The translations under genes were made by a program, and so were the position numbers. 64,000 nt of DNA from Anthoceros angustus (lineage: Eukaryota; Plantae; Anthocerotophyta): NCBI GenBank assembly GCA_010909165.1, contig VJWM01000118.1:310001-374000 (forward strand). The letters are read 5' to 3'. The notes under the pieces were generated by a model that was not told the DNA's origin, ran no database searches, and saw nothing but the letters and a program-made list of their open reading frames with translations. Below are positions 49,701 through 63,130 of this stretch, one piece after another. Every line of letters begins with the position of its first letter. Position 1 is the stretch's first letter.

Positions 49701-51900
49701 TGTAGCTTTGTCTGGGCCAACCCCAGCCATGGCCGCCCCAGCAACACCTCATACCCTAATGGTCCGGCCGGTTTGATCACAACAAAATCCAGTTTGTAGG
49801 GTGCGCCGGCTATGGTGGCCAAGACTCCGGTTAACTCCGGGATCTCTTCTTGACATGTCCGCCATTCTCGAGTCTTCGTTGAGGGTTCAAGGATGTGAAG
49901 CCCAATTTTGCCGTGGCTTCGGTGATGAGGTTGACTCGGACCCCGTGTCCAACGGTACATCCTTGATGATACATCCAATCTCCACTTGTACCACGCCTGG
50001 TCCGTATGGGACACCACCCTCACTTCCAGCTACCCTTCCGGCTTTGGTGCTCGAGGCGGTTTCCTAACGGCCCGACGGACCTCTTGTCGGTATTTGGGTT
50101 ATCCTCGCCGCCGAAAGGACACAAGTCCGATTCATCATCGTCCGCCACATTAAAGAGGCTTCTACCCCAATCGAGGATCCTCCGGCCCTCATCCTCTCCC
50201 CGGTCACTTGTTCGGTATTCTCCGGATGCTTGCGCATTTCCTCCGCAACATCTCGGTCACCTCCGGACTACGTCCGGTGGAAATCGCCGTGGCCGCGGAG
50301 GCACCGCTTCCTTCTCCCCCTGCCGGAGAACTTCGGGTAATCCTCCGGCTGCCTGCCCCCCCTCCTTCATCGGTCGGATCCTCCGGTATTTCCGCTTGAT
50401 TGCCTTCCTCGGCCCGTGACGCTTCTCCGATCTTGTTCTTCTTCAATGGCGCCTTTCTCGTCGCTCCTTCCTTCGGCCACGAGTAGACACCTCCAAGATT
50501 TCCACGACTCCCTTCCTTCGACACCCCCACCGCACTTCTTGTTCTTTTCCATCTCGCACTGGGAATCTCTTCCCACTCCGCCAATCGAGCATCTTGACTT
50601 GCCGTCAGTGTGAGTCTTAGGAGGTGGCGTTGGTGGTCGGGGTTCTCCGCTTGGTGTGGCATATCGTACCGTCCTTGTGCGGGGTTGGGACATTGCATCG
50701 TCATATATGCCCAGCTTGCCGCCACACCGCTCAAGTCCCCATTACCCCGCCTCGTGGAGTACGGACACGCGTTGGAGTAATGGCGATTCAGCCCAGACAC
50801 CACTGCACGGAGGATACGAAGGGCTCCCATGCGGTCGTGCATCGGTGGCCTTGTATTGACGGACCTCCGGTTGATACATGGTTTTGGGATATCGCGCCCG
50901 GAGGGGCTTCTGCACTGATAGGCCTCTTCCCATTGCTCCTCGGCCTCCTCCTCGTATTCGTAGTCCACTTGATGCACCGGCCTTGAGGCGGTTGGATGAA
51001 TCGTGTTGCCGCACACGGCACACGAGATGCGCGCACCGTAGTCGGCCGCCGCCTCGGTCCTTAACGGTTTATCGCGTGTCCTCTACTCTCTTTATCACTT
51101 TTTCCAGTCCTCCGCACTGCCACCTCCTTTGAGGGAGTCGGGCGGAGCTTCTCGGACCGGGTGTCACCACCTCCTTCTTACCTCGCTTTTAGCCGGGCCT
51201 TCTTCTTCTTCTGGGATACTCTTCCTCGCTAGAGACCTCCGTCTTCTTCTGACGACCGCCTCCTCAAGACACCTCCGATTGGTCTTCCTCCTCCTCAAGA
51301 CTCTTCCTCCTGAGTCCGAACCCGCTTTCTTCTTCTTCTTCTTGCCTCCTTGAGCGGATTTCTTTATCCTCGATGTAGCGATTCCTCGTAGTTTTCGGCC
51401 GCTCGACCGCCTTGCCCACGTCCTTCTGCCAGCGCAGACGTGCTCGCCATGGGTTTGGCTAGACCGCCGCAACCACCGCATCGCTTGCATCGTGGTATGG
51501 GTTGGATGCCGATCCTCGGGCATAGAACCGCTGGCTGAGCCCTCCTTCTTCCTCGCCTGATTTTCCAACTTTGATAATACATACCCTCCCGGTCGATCCT
51601 CGAAACCGTTCTAAGAAGGCATTTTCAAAGCTTCAAACGAGGCGGGTGGGGCATTCTCCTGGTCGGTACTTTCTCCGATACCATTGAGCACCGTCCTGGA
51701 GAACCCCTTGGAAAGCTGGATGAGCCGTCGCCTCCCTCCGTTGAAGTTGGCTTTGGACATGAAGTCCTCCACAAAGGTCTCCGCATCCCGCTCCTTCTTC
51801 CCTCCGAATATGGAGTACGCTTGTTTGGTCGAGGCCATGGCCGCCATCGGGTTAGGCGTGGGCCCTACCTTCTTCCCGCCTCCCGTACTGCCTTGGTCCG
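46720..51900 (-). pseudogene. gag-pol cassette 1 (gag with probably three CCHC knuckles, PR, RT, RNase H, integrase), fragmented by indels
   Basis: KQAYSIFGGKKERDAETFVEDF (gag); DTG protease motif; CQDWRKLNAA, DGYSGYNQ, DKTTFT, IFLDDF (RT); WWPTMYGDTHRFVKKCDAC (INT zinc finger); LLYDSR..GKLHERWMGPY (INT C-terminus, pieced across frames). Confidence 0.85.
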
Positions 51901-52080
51901 ACACCACACGTTCTCCTCCTCCTCGATGGTGCTCTCGTTGGGTTTGACGCCTCTCCCCGGCTCGGAGACACGCGAGGTGACCACGTCCGATCCTCCCGAC
52001 GGTTCACTCTTGACCGCCGCTCGACCGCCACGCATTCACTTACCTTCTCTCCTAAGCACTTTGCGCACCACGCACGATTT

Positions 52081-52092
52081 GCAACGGCGCCA
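52081..52092 (-). promoter_or_regulatory. Primer-binding site complementary to the tRNA-Asp 3' end
   Basis: Minus strand TGGCGCCGTTGC, 3 nt after the LTR end; second copy at ~63117-63127. Established: Athila elements prime on tRNA-Asp. Confidence 0.85.
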
Positions 52093-52095
52093 AAA

Positions 52096-55000
52096 TGTGG
52101 CGGACTTTGCGATGGCCAGCGCGCACAATCCGTGTCGTTGTAGGAAGAAGTCCGCTCCCAAGGGAATGATAGGCTGCCATGCTTGTGTGATTCTACCGCC
52201 TTAGCGCTCACCCTCAACACACACATACTCCTAACTACTCAACGTTCACCGACAGCCCTATGGCTAAACGCTTAGGACCCCCAGACGTGCTACATCCGCC
52301 CCTCACGCATCCTCCTTTCCTCTCTCCCTCACGCTACACTCGCCTTAGAAAAGACGCTGGTTACACAGCCCCGACCTCCTCCGCTCCGCCGGGCCTCCGT
52401 CCGGCTCTACACGCCTCCCGAGTTCCTCCGGCCACACTGCCCACCGGTCGGTCCGGCTCCGACGAGCACGGTCACCGCCACCCTTCCCCGCACACACCAC
52501 AACGCTGCTAAGTCCGCCAGGACCTTGATCAATCTCCCGAGTGCTCGGCTCGCCTGACTCAGACTCACGTTAGCAAGAAGACTCACAAAGGTCTGCAAGA
52601 ACGCGCATCAACACCAAGAGAAAGATGCTTTACTAGAGCAGCCTCGCCTCTTATATCTGCGCCCAAGGCGCGCCTTTATTACACCCCTATTCGAGCCGAT
52701 AGCTACCGGTATACCCTAATCGCCGCCTACCATCCTATTTCCTCCCCTATCTCCTTCGCCACGTGGGCGGAAGGTCCTGGCCCCGGAATGGGTGGTCCAA
52801 TCCCCCGACAGCTTGGGCGCACCCAATCGGATGATCCGTGAGGCGGGCCCTCCTCTCCCAATCCTGGTTGGGCTACGCGGCGGTCGACAACCGCCGTTAC
52901 ACGCCATCCTCCTCGGCCTCCTCGGGTCCTTCGCCGGTGGGGCCACCACTCTCCCTAGCGTAAGTCGGCGGGGCTCCTCCTCATCGCTGCACCGGTCCTC
53001 GGTCTGCTCGACTCAACTGTGAGTCCGGCTCACCGCCGGGTCCGACCTGTCCGGTGGACCTCGTGGTCCGATATCGGGTCCGGACTCGTGGTCCGGACGA
53101 CACGGGTCCGGACTTGTGGTCCGGACTTACCGAGGTCCGGACTGTGGTCCGGCCTCCGGGTCCCACAAAGTCCGGACTCACGCCCACCCGGGTTTCCTCC
53201 CTCACGGACTCCTCCGTGGCTCTCCCTCAAGTCCTCCACTGCTCCCGATGTGACTCCTTTGGCCCTCCTTCCATGGTGAGGTGCGGGGTGCTTACCGTGA
53301 TCCGCCGCCTCCTCCTCCTCCGGCCGCTCCTCCTCCGCCGCCTCATTATCTCAAACAGGCCACTAGGGTCCTGTCCGCCCCGTGGCCTTCATCTCCTTCC
53401 GAGCCTTCCAGGGTCCGTCTGCTTCGGCCGAGGCTTCTATCGCTCAGAGCTGGTAATAGGCAAAGTCCGAATCGACTTGTTGAATTGCCTCTTCCACGGT
53501 GCCCGAGCACCCGATACTCCCTCCGCCATAAGTGTTCCGGAGTGGGCGTGCCCGGCTTGTTGGGCCACCTCTCCGCCAGACGGTGGAGCCGGTCAGATCA
53601 CGCGAGGCTACAAGGCGGCCTCGGTCACCTCCTGCCCTTTGTTGCTCCTGCTCCGGCTCCGTCGTTTCCTCTCCATTGCCACCTTACCGCCATAGCGCAG
53701 CTGCCCCTTCCGCCTTTCTCAGGACCAGCCTTCTTTTTCTGCCTGCTCGCGCCTCCGCTCATTCTCGGCCTTAGCTCCGCCAGCTCCTCTCCAGGCCGAT
53801 ACCCGTCCGACTCCGGACTTCCTCCACTCCTTCAGCTCGCAACGCCCAACTCCTTGGATAGTCGCCGATTTTCCTCCGTCTTGACGGAGCCGAGGCACTC
53901 GTGCTCAAGTCGTGGATTCTCTCGCTGAGAATCACCCGCTCCGACGCATCTTGGAGTTGTAGCTCCAGCGTGTCCTCTGCCTCCATCCGCCGCCTCCTCT
54001 ACTCTGCACTGCATCGGAGATCTCCTATCTCCCGAGTCTGGCCTCCATCTCCTCCTTGCCCCTTGCTCGCCCATAGCCGGCGGCCTCGGTCACCTCCTGC
54101 ATGCCTGTTGCTCCACTGCTCCGGCTCCGTCGTTTCCTCTCCATTGCCGACCCCGCCATAGCGCGGCGTTCCCTTCCGCCTTTCTCTTTGGACCGCGGCT
54201 TCTTTTACACTTCCGGTGCTCGCTCCTCCGTTCATTCGGCTTTAGCTCATGACTCCTCTCAGGTGCGGTACCTCTCGACTCCTTCCTCCGGCTCATTCAG
54301 CATGGCAGCGTCCAACTCCTTGGATAGATGCGATTTTCCTCCGTCTTGAGGCCGGGCTGCACTCTATTTCGTGCTCGTGGATTCTCGTTGAGAATCACTG
54401 CCTGCGCATCTTGGGTTGTAGCTCTCAGTGTCCTTGTCCTCCATCTGCTGCCGCCTCTCCTCTACTTCCTGTGTACTCGGAGATCTCCTATCTCCCAGTC
54501 TTGGCCTCCATCTCCTCCTGGCCTTGCACTCCATAGCCTTTGTCACGGCCTTGAGTTAGCCTCGGTACTGCTGACTCTCCACGGTTCGATCACGTGTGAT
54601 CCGGTCGCTCTTCTGCGGCCAGGCTCCTTCGCCTTTACAGGCCTCGCCCATGGCTCTGGCCGGGCCGCCTCCGCCAGTCCCGAGCTCTCTCGCTTGTGCC
54701 GGGCCTCTTCCGCCTCTGCTGCCTTCCCTTCGCCCGCAGGTCCTCCGCCCGCTTGGGCCTCTGAGCTTGCTTCACTGTCAGACATTGAAGAACCTTGGCC
54801 CGGCCCCGAACCGCCTGGCCTCCGCCACCCGGCGTTCCCTTCCGCCTTTCTCTTTGGACCGCGGCTTCTTTTACACTTCCGGTGCTCGCTCCTCCGTTCA
54901 TTCGGCTTTAGCTCATGACTCCTCTCAGGTGCGGTACCTCTCGACTCCTTCCTCCGGCTCATTCAGCATGGCAGCGTCCAACTCCTTGGATAGATGCGAT

Positions 55001-57357
55001 TTTCCTCCGTCTTGAGGCCGGGCTGCACTCTATTTCGTGCTCGTGGATTCTCGTTGAGAATCACTGCCTGCGCATCTTGGGTTGTAGCTCTCAGTGTCCT
55101 TGTCCTCCATCTGCTGCCGCCTCTCCTCTACTTCCTGTGTACTCGGAGATCTCCTATCTCCCAGTCTTGGCCTCCATCTCCTCCTGGCCTTGCACTCCAT
55201 AGCCTTTGTCACGGCCTTGAGTTAGCCTCGGTACTGCTGACTCTCCACGGTTCGATCACGTGTGATCCGGTCGCTCTTCTGCGGCCAGGCTCCTTCGCCT
55301 TTACAGGCCTCGCCCATGGCTCTGGCCGGGCCGCCTCCAGTCCAGCTCTCTCTGCTTGTGCCGGGCCTCTTCCGCCTCTGCTTCCCCTCTTCTGCAAGGT
55401 CCTCCGCGCTTGGGCCTCTGAGCTTGCTTCATTTGTTCGCCTGGTGAAGAACCTTAGATCCTGAACCGGGCCTCGCGCTCCGCCACCGGCGTTCCCTTCC
55501 TCGATCCGGCGAGGACTCCGCCTTTCCTTTGCCCCCGGGCCGCCTTCACTTGCTCTTGAGTTCCACCATCCTCCTCCGGGTGGCCTCCACTTCGGGTCTT
55601 CTCCACTGCACTACGAGACCCCAAAGCATTCCGTCCATGACGGTAGCTGACTCGCCGTGTTTCTTCCACGGCCACCGGTGAGGCCCCCACAAAGTCCGTG
55701 AGGGAGGCATTTCGTCCGCCAAGGACCTCCATACCGCATCCGAGTAAGTCCGACTGGGTTCTCGGAGACCGGACCCTCGTCCCGAGTGGTGAGGTCCGAG
55801 TCTCACCCTCTTGGCCCTCTTGGCCTCTAACTCCTTTGTGCCCTCTTTCTCCGGGGCTCTGAGGAGGTGAGGGGTCCGGAGCAAGCTCTTTTGCCCCTTC
55901 TGCCGGGGAGACTGCTGGTGGGCCGCTGACCTCCGCCTCCCCACGCCCCTTCTCGCCTCCTCTCTTGCCTCTTGCCACTCCGTGGCGGTACCGCACCTCG
56001 AGGTGGGGGCTGCGCGGTGACCTCCTGCTCCTTGGGCCACGTCCTTTCTGCCCTCCTTACGCCTCTTGACCTCTTGCCACTCCGTGGGCGGGGTAAGAAG
56101 TCTCGGCACCTTCGAGGTGCGTTGGTAAGCCGTCTTCGCCTCTTGGCTCCCGCTGAGTTCGTGGGGGCTCGGCCGTGGTTGTTGGTCGTCTCCGGTGCCG
56201 GAGCCGCCAACGCCTCCAGATCGCCTCCCAGGCCTACTGCCCGAGGGCACCAAAGGAGGAAGGGGAATCGCCTCCCAAACTTCCCCGGGTGGTGAGGGGT
56301 TCGCTCACGTATGGAGTCCGGACCTCCTCCGCCTCCTCCCGAGTCCGCTTGGTCTTCAAGGACGACCACCTCGCCCTTGCACGCTCTACTTACAGCGGGG
56401 CCTCCGGCCCCGGGCGCCCGTTCAAGCTCTCCTCCTTGAGGCTCGAAATGTCCCCATACATGAATCGTATGGGGTCACCGATGGCGAGGCTTCGCTCCTT
56501 AGCTTGCGTCCCGATCAACCAAGATAATCCTTCCCACCGCTTCTTCCCACTGAGCGCATGCAGAATACTATCAGTTATCACCAAGGTGATCCACCTTGGT
56601 GTGTTCCAATGGACAATGATCCGCTACCGCCTTACTCGACTCAGCAGATCGGATATCAACCATCCGTTGTCCTGCCTGTGCCTCAAGATCGCTACGCGTG
56701 GCGCCCTATCTTCCCTTCGCCTTAAGGGGCTCCTGCACCACGCCCCTTCTTCCTCCTTCGCGGTTGTAGGCCGCCTCGACCTCCAAGGTCCATCGCCGGG
56801 GTCCTCCTGAGGTTCTTGATCGACCTCCTGGGTCACGCAACATCTTCCCGCAACTCGGACCAAAGTACTGCCAGGTCCGCACTGAACTCCAGTGCCATTC
56901 CCTCCACCCCCCTCCTCCTCCCGTTCAAGTCCCGGGAGGCCGGTCACAATGTTGCGCCCACGAGGGTCCATGGCTCCCAGACTGCCGGCTTTTGGGTGCC
57001 ATTGCTTTCTCCTCCTCTTGTTCTTTGTCTGGCCGAGTCCGGCGGCACGATGTTCCTCCTCCTCACGCCTCCACCTCGCTGTGGCCGCGCCTGCCGCTGG
57101 CGCCCCGGGCCGGGCTTGATTATGGGCCGCACCGTGGGGTTGTCCGGCCTGTCTGCCTCCCTCCCTCCTGGCCGGGGTCTGGAGGTTCTGTCCGTACTCC
57201 ATAGTGGGTCCGTTGTTCACTCCGAGTCCGGAGTATACTCCGAGCCTCGTCCAAGCGCTACCCCAATTTATTCCTCCTTTTCCGCCTTATTTATCCTTCA
57301 ATCCTAAAAAACAAACCCTACTTATTTCTTAACTCCCGTGGAAGTGCATAGCCCACA
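52096..57357 (-). repeat. Shared middle LTR (~5.3 kb including local duplications); contains accessory ORF copy 3 (57002 to 53363)
   Basis: Bounded by the PBS on the left and the PPT-TGTGGG junction on the right; collinear with 42685-46659. Confidence 0.75.
54164..55338. repeat. Exact 509-bp duplication, 666-bp period
   Basis: 54164-54672 is identical to 54830-55338; the ORF track shows identical peptides at 54249 and 54915. Confidence 0.9.
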
Positions 57358-57419
57358 TACTCCTTCTCATCTACATGCCTCGCCAACACTAAGCATGATA
57401 CTTCTTCACCCGCCACCCG

Positions 57420-60400
57420 TTCACCCGAGTGGGCAGCTCTCATCTAGTCGTGAATGGACGGATTGTCATATACTTGCACCACTTGGTACGGACCCATCCA
57501 TCTCGTGAAGTTTGCCCGAAAATGCATGTACGACTATCATAAAGGAGGGCCAGTCCCTTCCTTTACATACTCGATTCGCTGGCGATCGTGCCAAATCTTC
57601 TGGTTTTGCACCAAGCATCTTCATGAGCTTCTTCCCCGTCTCCGTAACAAACCCCAAGAGTCGCCGAGCTGGCTTTCCTCCGCCTCCCTTCCATCATTAC
57701 TCGAAAAGTGGGCACTTCAAACTCCACGGCATTACGGAGAGTGTCCGTAGGTCAAGTAAGGGTCCGTTGTGTGGTCACCTTCTCTGTCCGAACGCCCATG
57801 CGGATGGCGACTTGGTATCCAGTCATGGGCGTAGTTCATCGTGAGTTTATTCAATCCTGCATGAGCCCATTTGTCTTCTCTCACACCCCCATTGGCCTTA
57901 GGATTGTAGGGTGCCGTCTGCGATGATTGATGCCGAAATACTCCGTCATGGCGGCCACCACATCATTAAGGAAATGGGTTCCCCTATCACTTACCAATGC
58001 GGACATCCGTCGGGGTTATGATGTTCTCATGTGAATTTGGCCACGGTATTTGGAGTCCGTTCTTGTCGCCACCGCCTCTACCCACCGTGCGAGTCCGTTG
58101 CCACCGGGATGTATCTCCTTTGTGTGTGTCTTGTCGAGGTCAGGTCCAACAAAGTCAATACCCCACTTTTCGAAGGTGCGGTGCCAATATCGGTACTAGC
58201 GGCCACCGTGTCGTGGGGTTTTTTCCGATCCGCCGACAAGCATCACACTTCTTCACAAACCGGTGGGTGTCCCCATACATTGTTGGCCACCGATCCGCCA
58301 AATCTTTTGGTGGTGACTGTCTTTGCGTAGTGTCCTCCCCAATCCTTCGTGCATTCCCGACGGCCTCCTGCTCGCCGGTTGTAAGTACCTTCGTTCTACT
58401 CCGTCCGCCCTAATTTGAACACACACCGTTGTACATTCTCAAGGGTCGAGCATAGTGCACGAATGCCTCCTCTCACGAGTCGATTTCGGAAGCTCCATTC
58501 CCAGGTACCGCCTATTTCTTCGAGGGTCGGACCGCGGACCCTCCCTTCTCCGCTCGCTAAGGCGCTTCGTAGCTTGGGGTTCGGCCGGGCTCCTCGGTTG
58601 TACTTTACCGCGGCAACCAATGTCTCATCCGGGAACGCATCTTCCTGATCTCTCAACACCTGCTGTGTTTTCAATCGTGACAGGAAATCTGCATTTTGGT
58701 GCTGCCTCCCTTGTCTTGTTTCCACTTCAAACGTGAACTCCTGCAGCAACAATATCCACCTTGCTATCCGTCCGGACAGGTCCGCCTTATTCACCAGATG
58801 CTTCAGCGCAAAGTGGTCTACATAGAACACAAACTCACTGGGTAGCAGGTAGTGTCGGAATTTCTTGACAGCATATACCATACCCAGTGCTTCGCGCTCT
58901 GTAGTTGTGTATTTTCTCGTGGTGAGTGTCATCGTCCGTAGTATACGGATAATCCCGCTTGTCGTCCTTCCGGCTCAAGACTACTCCGATAGCAAAGCGG
59001 ACACGTCTACATACACATGAAATTTCTGCTCGTCCGGTCCTCTTAGAACCGTGCGCTTACCAAGGTGTTCGTAAATCCGAAGGCCTCCTCTCGCCTGTGA
59101 CCGGTCCAAACCTCCTCCTTCCGCAGAGTTCGTCAAACTTAGCCGCCTCTTCGCAAAGTCCTTAATAAACCCGGTAGTATCCCACCATTCGAAACCTCTC
59201 GGCTCCTTTAGGTTCGTCGGTGGAGATCGGATGACCGGACCTTGTCTGGTCCACCTCGATTCCACCGACACCGATGTCCCAAAGATTCCCTCCGTCATTC
59301 CAAAGTAGCATTTCTCGGTGTAGGCTCAATTGAGTCTCCGGCAGCTCAAGCACCTTCTTAGATGTCCAAGGTGTTTGTCCCGCTCCCCATGCACACAAAA
59401 TCATCCAGGAATATCTCCATGAAGTCCCTCGTGAAGTCACAAGACGTTGGTCACCATACGCATGAACGACCACAGGCGCCGGTCATCCCAAAGGCACTTC
59501 TCTTGTAGGCAAGCGTACCCCACTCGTAGTGAAGGTCGTCTTGTCCCCATCCGACTCCCTTAGGTGCAATTGGTTGTATCCGGAGTAGCCATCCGGAAGG
59601 AGTAAGTAGTCCGTCCACCACCTTGTCCAAAATGTCGTCACGAATGGCATCGGAAGTGGTCCTTCTCTGCGGCGTTGAGCTTCCTCCAATCTTGGCATAC
59701 CCGAATTTGTCTGGCTGTTTCTTGGGAACCACCACAATCGGCGACCCACTGTTGACGATGGGGAAAATGATGTCCGCCTGTACTTATCAAGGACCTCCTT
59801 CACCTTGATCGAATACTTGGGGTTGAGCTTGTATTGTCGGATTCGATGGCACCGCTCCCGGCTTCAAATCGATCTTATGCTCTCCCACTTTCTGAATGCC
59901 CTTCATGTCCGTGACCTTGAAGGCGAACACCTCAAAAACTCCCCAGTGCTTTAGTCCTTCCTTCAGTCCGGAGGCATGCCTTTCTTAAACTTCGTGAATT
60001 TGCTGGCGGACCTCCACTTCTTCCACGCCGTCCGGGTTCACCGTCCCCTGCCGCCTCGCGTCCAAACCCCTCGTCCTCCACTCGGGATCCCCTCTCGCAT
60101 CCCCATTCTCTCGAAGAGCTCGTCGGAGGTGAATCGTGTTACTCCTTCGATGTCCGCTTTTCCTTGGTCCGACTCTTCACTGCCTCCCGGGTCCGACCTC
60201 CTCTTCACTTCCTTCCTCCGGCCCGTTGTGGCGTTTACAAAACAATCAACCACTTCCGCGCCAAAGGCATCCCGGTAGTCCATCTCCTCCTCGGACCGCG
60301 GATCTTGGCGAAAGGGTACGCCTCCGAGCTATCTTGTTCGCCGCGTGGAGTCCTCCGGTATACCCTGGTAGTGCTCAGTTTCCCACAATAGGTGTCCTTG

Positions 60401-62850
60401 CTCCGTGTGATAGCAACCCTCCCTTCTCGCACCTTAGGGTCCCAGTCCACGGCTTGAAGTGAATCTCCTTCCTTCCAAAGTGTAGCTGTCTGGCCAACCC
60501 ACCCATGGCGCCAAAGAACACCTCATACCCTAATGGTCCGGTTTGATCACAACAAAATCCGGTTTGTAGGGTGCACTATGGTGGTAAGACTCGGTTAACT
60601 CCCCGGATCTCTTCTTGACATGTCCGCCATTCTCGAGTCTTCGTTGAGGGTTCAAGGATGTGAAGCCCAATTTTCGTGCCGTTTGTGATGAGGTTGACTC
60701 CGGACCCGTGTCCAACGGTACATCCTTGATGATACATCCAAATCTCCACTTGTACCATGGCGCCTGGTCCGTATGGGACACCACCACTTCCACGCTACCC
60801 TTCACGGCTTTGGTGCTCCGCGGTGGGTTTCCCTAACGGCCCGAGACCTCTTGGATTTCGGGTTATCCTCGGCCAGAAAGGACACAAGGTCTGCGATTCA
60901 TCATCGTTCCGCCACATTAAAGGGGCGAGGCTTCTACCCCAATCGAGGATCCTGCTGCGTCCTCATCCTCTCCCGATCACTGTGTTCGGTATTCTCCGGA
61001 TGCTTGCGCATTTCCTCCGCAACATCTCGGTCACCTCCGGACTACGTCCGGTGGAAATCTGGCCCGGGAGGCACCGTTCCTTCTCCCGTCTCACGGAGAA
61101 CTTCCTTGGGTAATCCCTCGGCGGGCTGCCGTCCAGCCCTCCTTCACCGGATCCTCTGGTATTTCCGTTTGATTGCCTTCCTCGGCCCGTGACGCTTCCT
61201 CGATCTTGTTCTTCTTCAATGGCGCCTTTCGTCGCTCCTTCCTTCGCCACGAGTAGACACCTCAAGATTTCCACGCCCACCCTTCCTTCGACACCCCACC
61301 GTACCTTCTTGTTCTTTTCCATCTCGCACAGGGAATCTCTTCCCACCAATGAGCATCTTCGACTTGCCGTGACGGATCTTAGGAGGTGGCGTTGGTGGTC
61401 GAGTTCTCCGCTTGGTGTGGCATATCGCACTGCCCCTTGCGGGGTTGGGACATAGCGTCTTGCCTGTATACCCGGCACCTTGCGATCGCCACACTCGAAG
61501 TCCCCATTACCTCGTTGAGTGCGGACACGCGTTGGAGTAATGGCGAGATTCCGTTCCAGACCACGGCCGTCGGAGGATACGAAGGGCTCCCATGCGGTCT
61601 TTGCATCGGTGGGGCTCGTTGTATTGACGGACCTCCAGTTGACGGATACATGGTTTTGGGATATCGCGGCCCAGAGGGGGCTTCCTGTACCTGATAGGCC
61701 TCTTCCCATTGCTCCTCAGCCTCCTCCTCGTATTCGTAGTCCACTTGATGCACCGGCCTTGAGGGGCAGTTGGATTTCGAATGGCCGTGTTGCCGGCACG
61801 GCACACCGAGATGCTCGTGGTGTTTTCCGCGCTCGGTCCTTAACTGGTTTATCGCGTCCTCTACTCTCTTTATCACTTTTTCCAGTCCTCCCGCACTGCC
61901 ACCTCCTTTGAGGGAGTCGGGTCCGGAGCTTCTCGGACGGTCTTGGTGTCACCACCTCCTTCTTACCCCGCTTCTTTTAGCCGGGCCTTCTTGCTCTTCT
62001 TCTTGGGATACTCTTCCTCGCTAGAGACCTCCGTCTCTTCTTCTTGGACGACCGCTCCTCCTCAAGACACCTCCGATTGGTCTTCCTCCTCCTCAAGACT
62101 CTTCCTCCTGAGTCCGAACCCCGCTTCTTCTTCTTCTTGCCTCCTTGGCGGTTCTTTATCCTCGATGTAGCGATTCCTCGTAGTTTTCGGCCGCTCGACC
62201 GCCTTGCCCACGTCCTTCTCGGCTAGCGGCGGGCGTGCGCCATGGGTTTGGCTAGACCGCCGCGAACCACCGCATCGCTTGCATCGTGGTATGGGTTGGA
62301 TGCCGATCCTCGGGCATAGAACCGCTCGATGTCTGAGCCCGGCTTCTCCTTCTTCCTCGCTTGATTTTCCAACTTTGATAATACATACCCCTCCGGTCGA
62401 TCCTCGAAACCGTTCTAAGAAGGCATTTTCAAAGCTTCAAACGAGGCGGGTGGGGCATTCTCCTGGTCGGTACTTTCTCCGATACCATTGAGCTTGCCCC
62501 TGAGAACCCCTTGGAAAAGCTGGATGAGCCGCGCCTCCTCTCCGTTGAAGTTGGCTTTGGACATGAAGTCCTCCACAAAGGTCTCGCATCCGCTCCTTCT
62601 TCCCTCGAAACCGTTCTAAGAAGGCATTTTCAAAGCTTCAAGCAGGCGGGTGGGGCATTCTCCGGTGGTCGGTACTTTCTCCGATACCATTGAGCTGTCC
62701 TCGGAGAACCCCTTGGAAAATTTGGATGGTGCGTCGACTCCCTCTCCGTTGAAGTTGGCTTTGGACATGAAGTCCTCCACAAAGGTCTCGCATCCGCTCC
62801 TTCTTCCCTCCGAATATGGAGTACGCTTGTTTGGTCGAGGTAGGGGCCAT
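57420..62850 (-). pseudogene. gag-pol cassette 2, fragmented by indels
   Basis: RNase H YTTTEREALGMVYAVKKFRHYLLPSEFVFYVDHFALKHLVNKADLSGRIARWILLLQEF..HQNADFLSRL (58396-58932); RT DGYSGYNQ and DKTTFTT; gag knuckle CRQHGHSKSNC. Confidence 0.88.
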
Positions 62851-63130
62851 GGCACGCCATCGATGGGTTAGGCGTTGTCCTACCTTCTTCCGTTGGCGTC
62901 CCTTACCCGTACGTTGGTCCGACACCGACCACGTTCTCCCTCCTCGATCGACGGTGCTCTCTGGGTTTGACGTCTCTCTCTCCCTGGCTCGGAGCACGCG
63001 AGGTGACCACGTCCGATCCTCCCGACGGTTCACTCTTGACCGCCGCTCGACCGCCACGCATTCACTTACCTTCTCTTCCTAAGGACGCACTTTGCGACCA
63101 CGCACCGATTTCATTCCAACGGCGCCAAAA

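Noticed and set aside
54164-55338. Exact internal duplications (also 1-946 and ~62400-62700) as biological rearrangements
   Set aside because: They are base-identical, apparent errors included, inside otherwise noisy sequence, which suggests assembly or polishing artefacts. Listed as repeats only.
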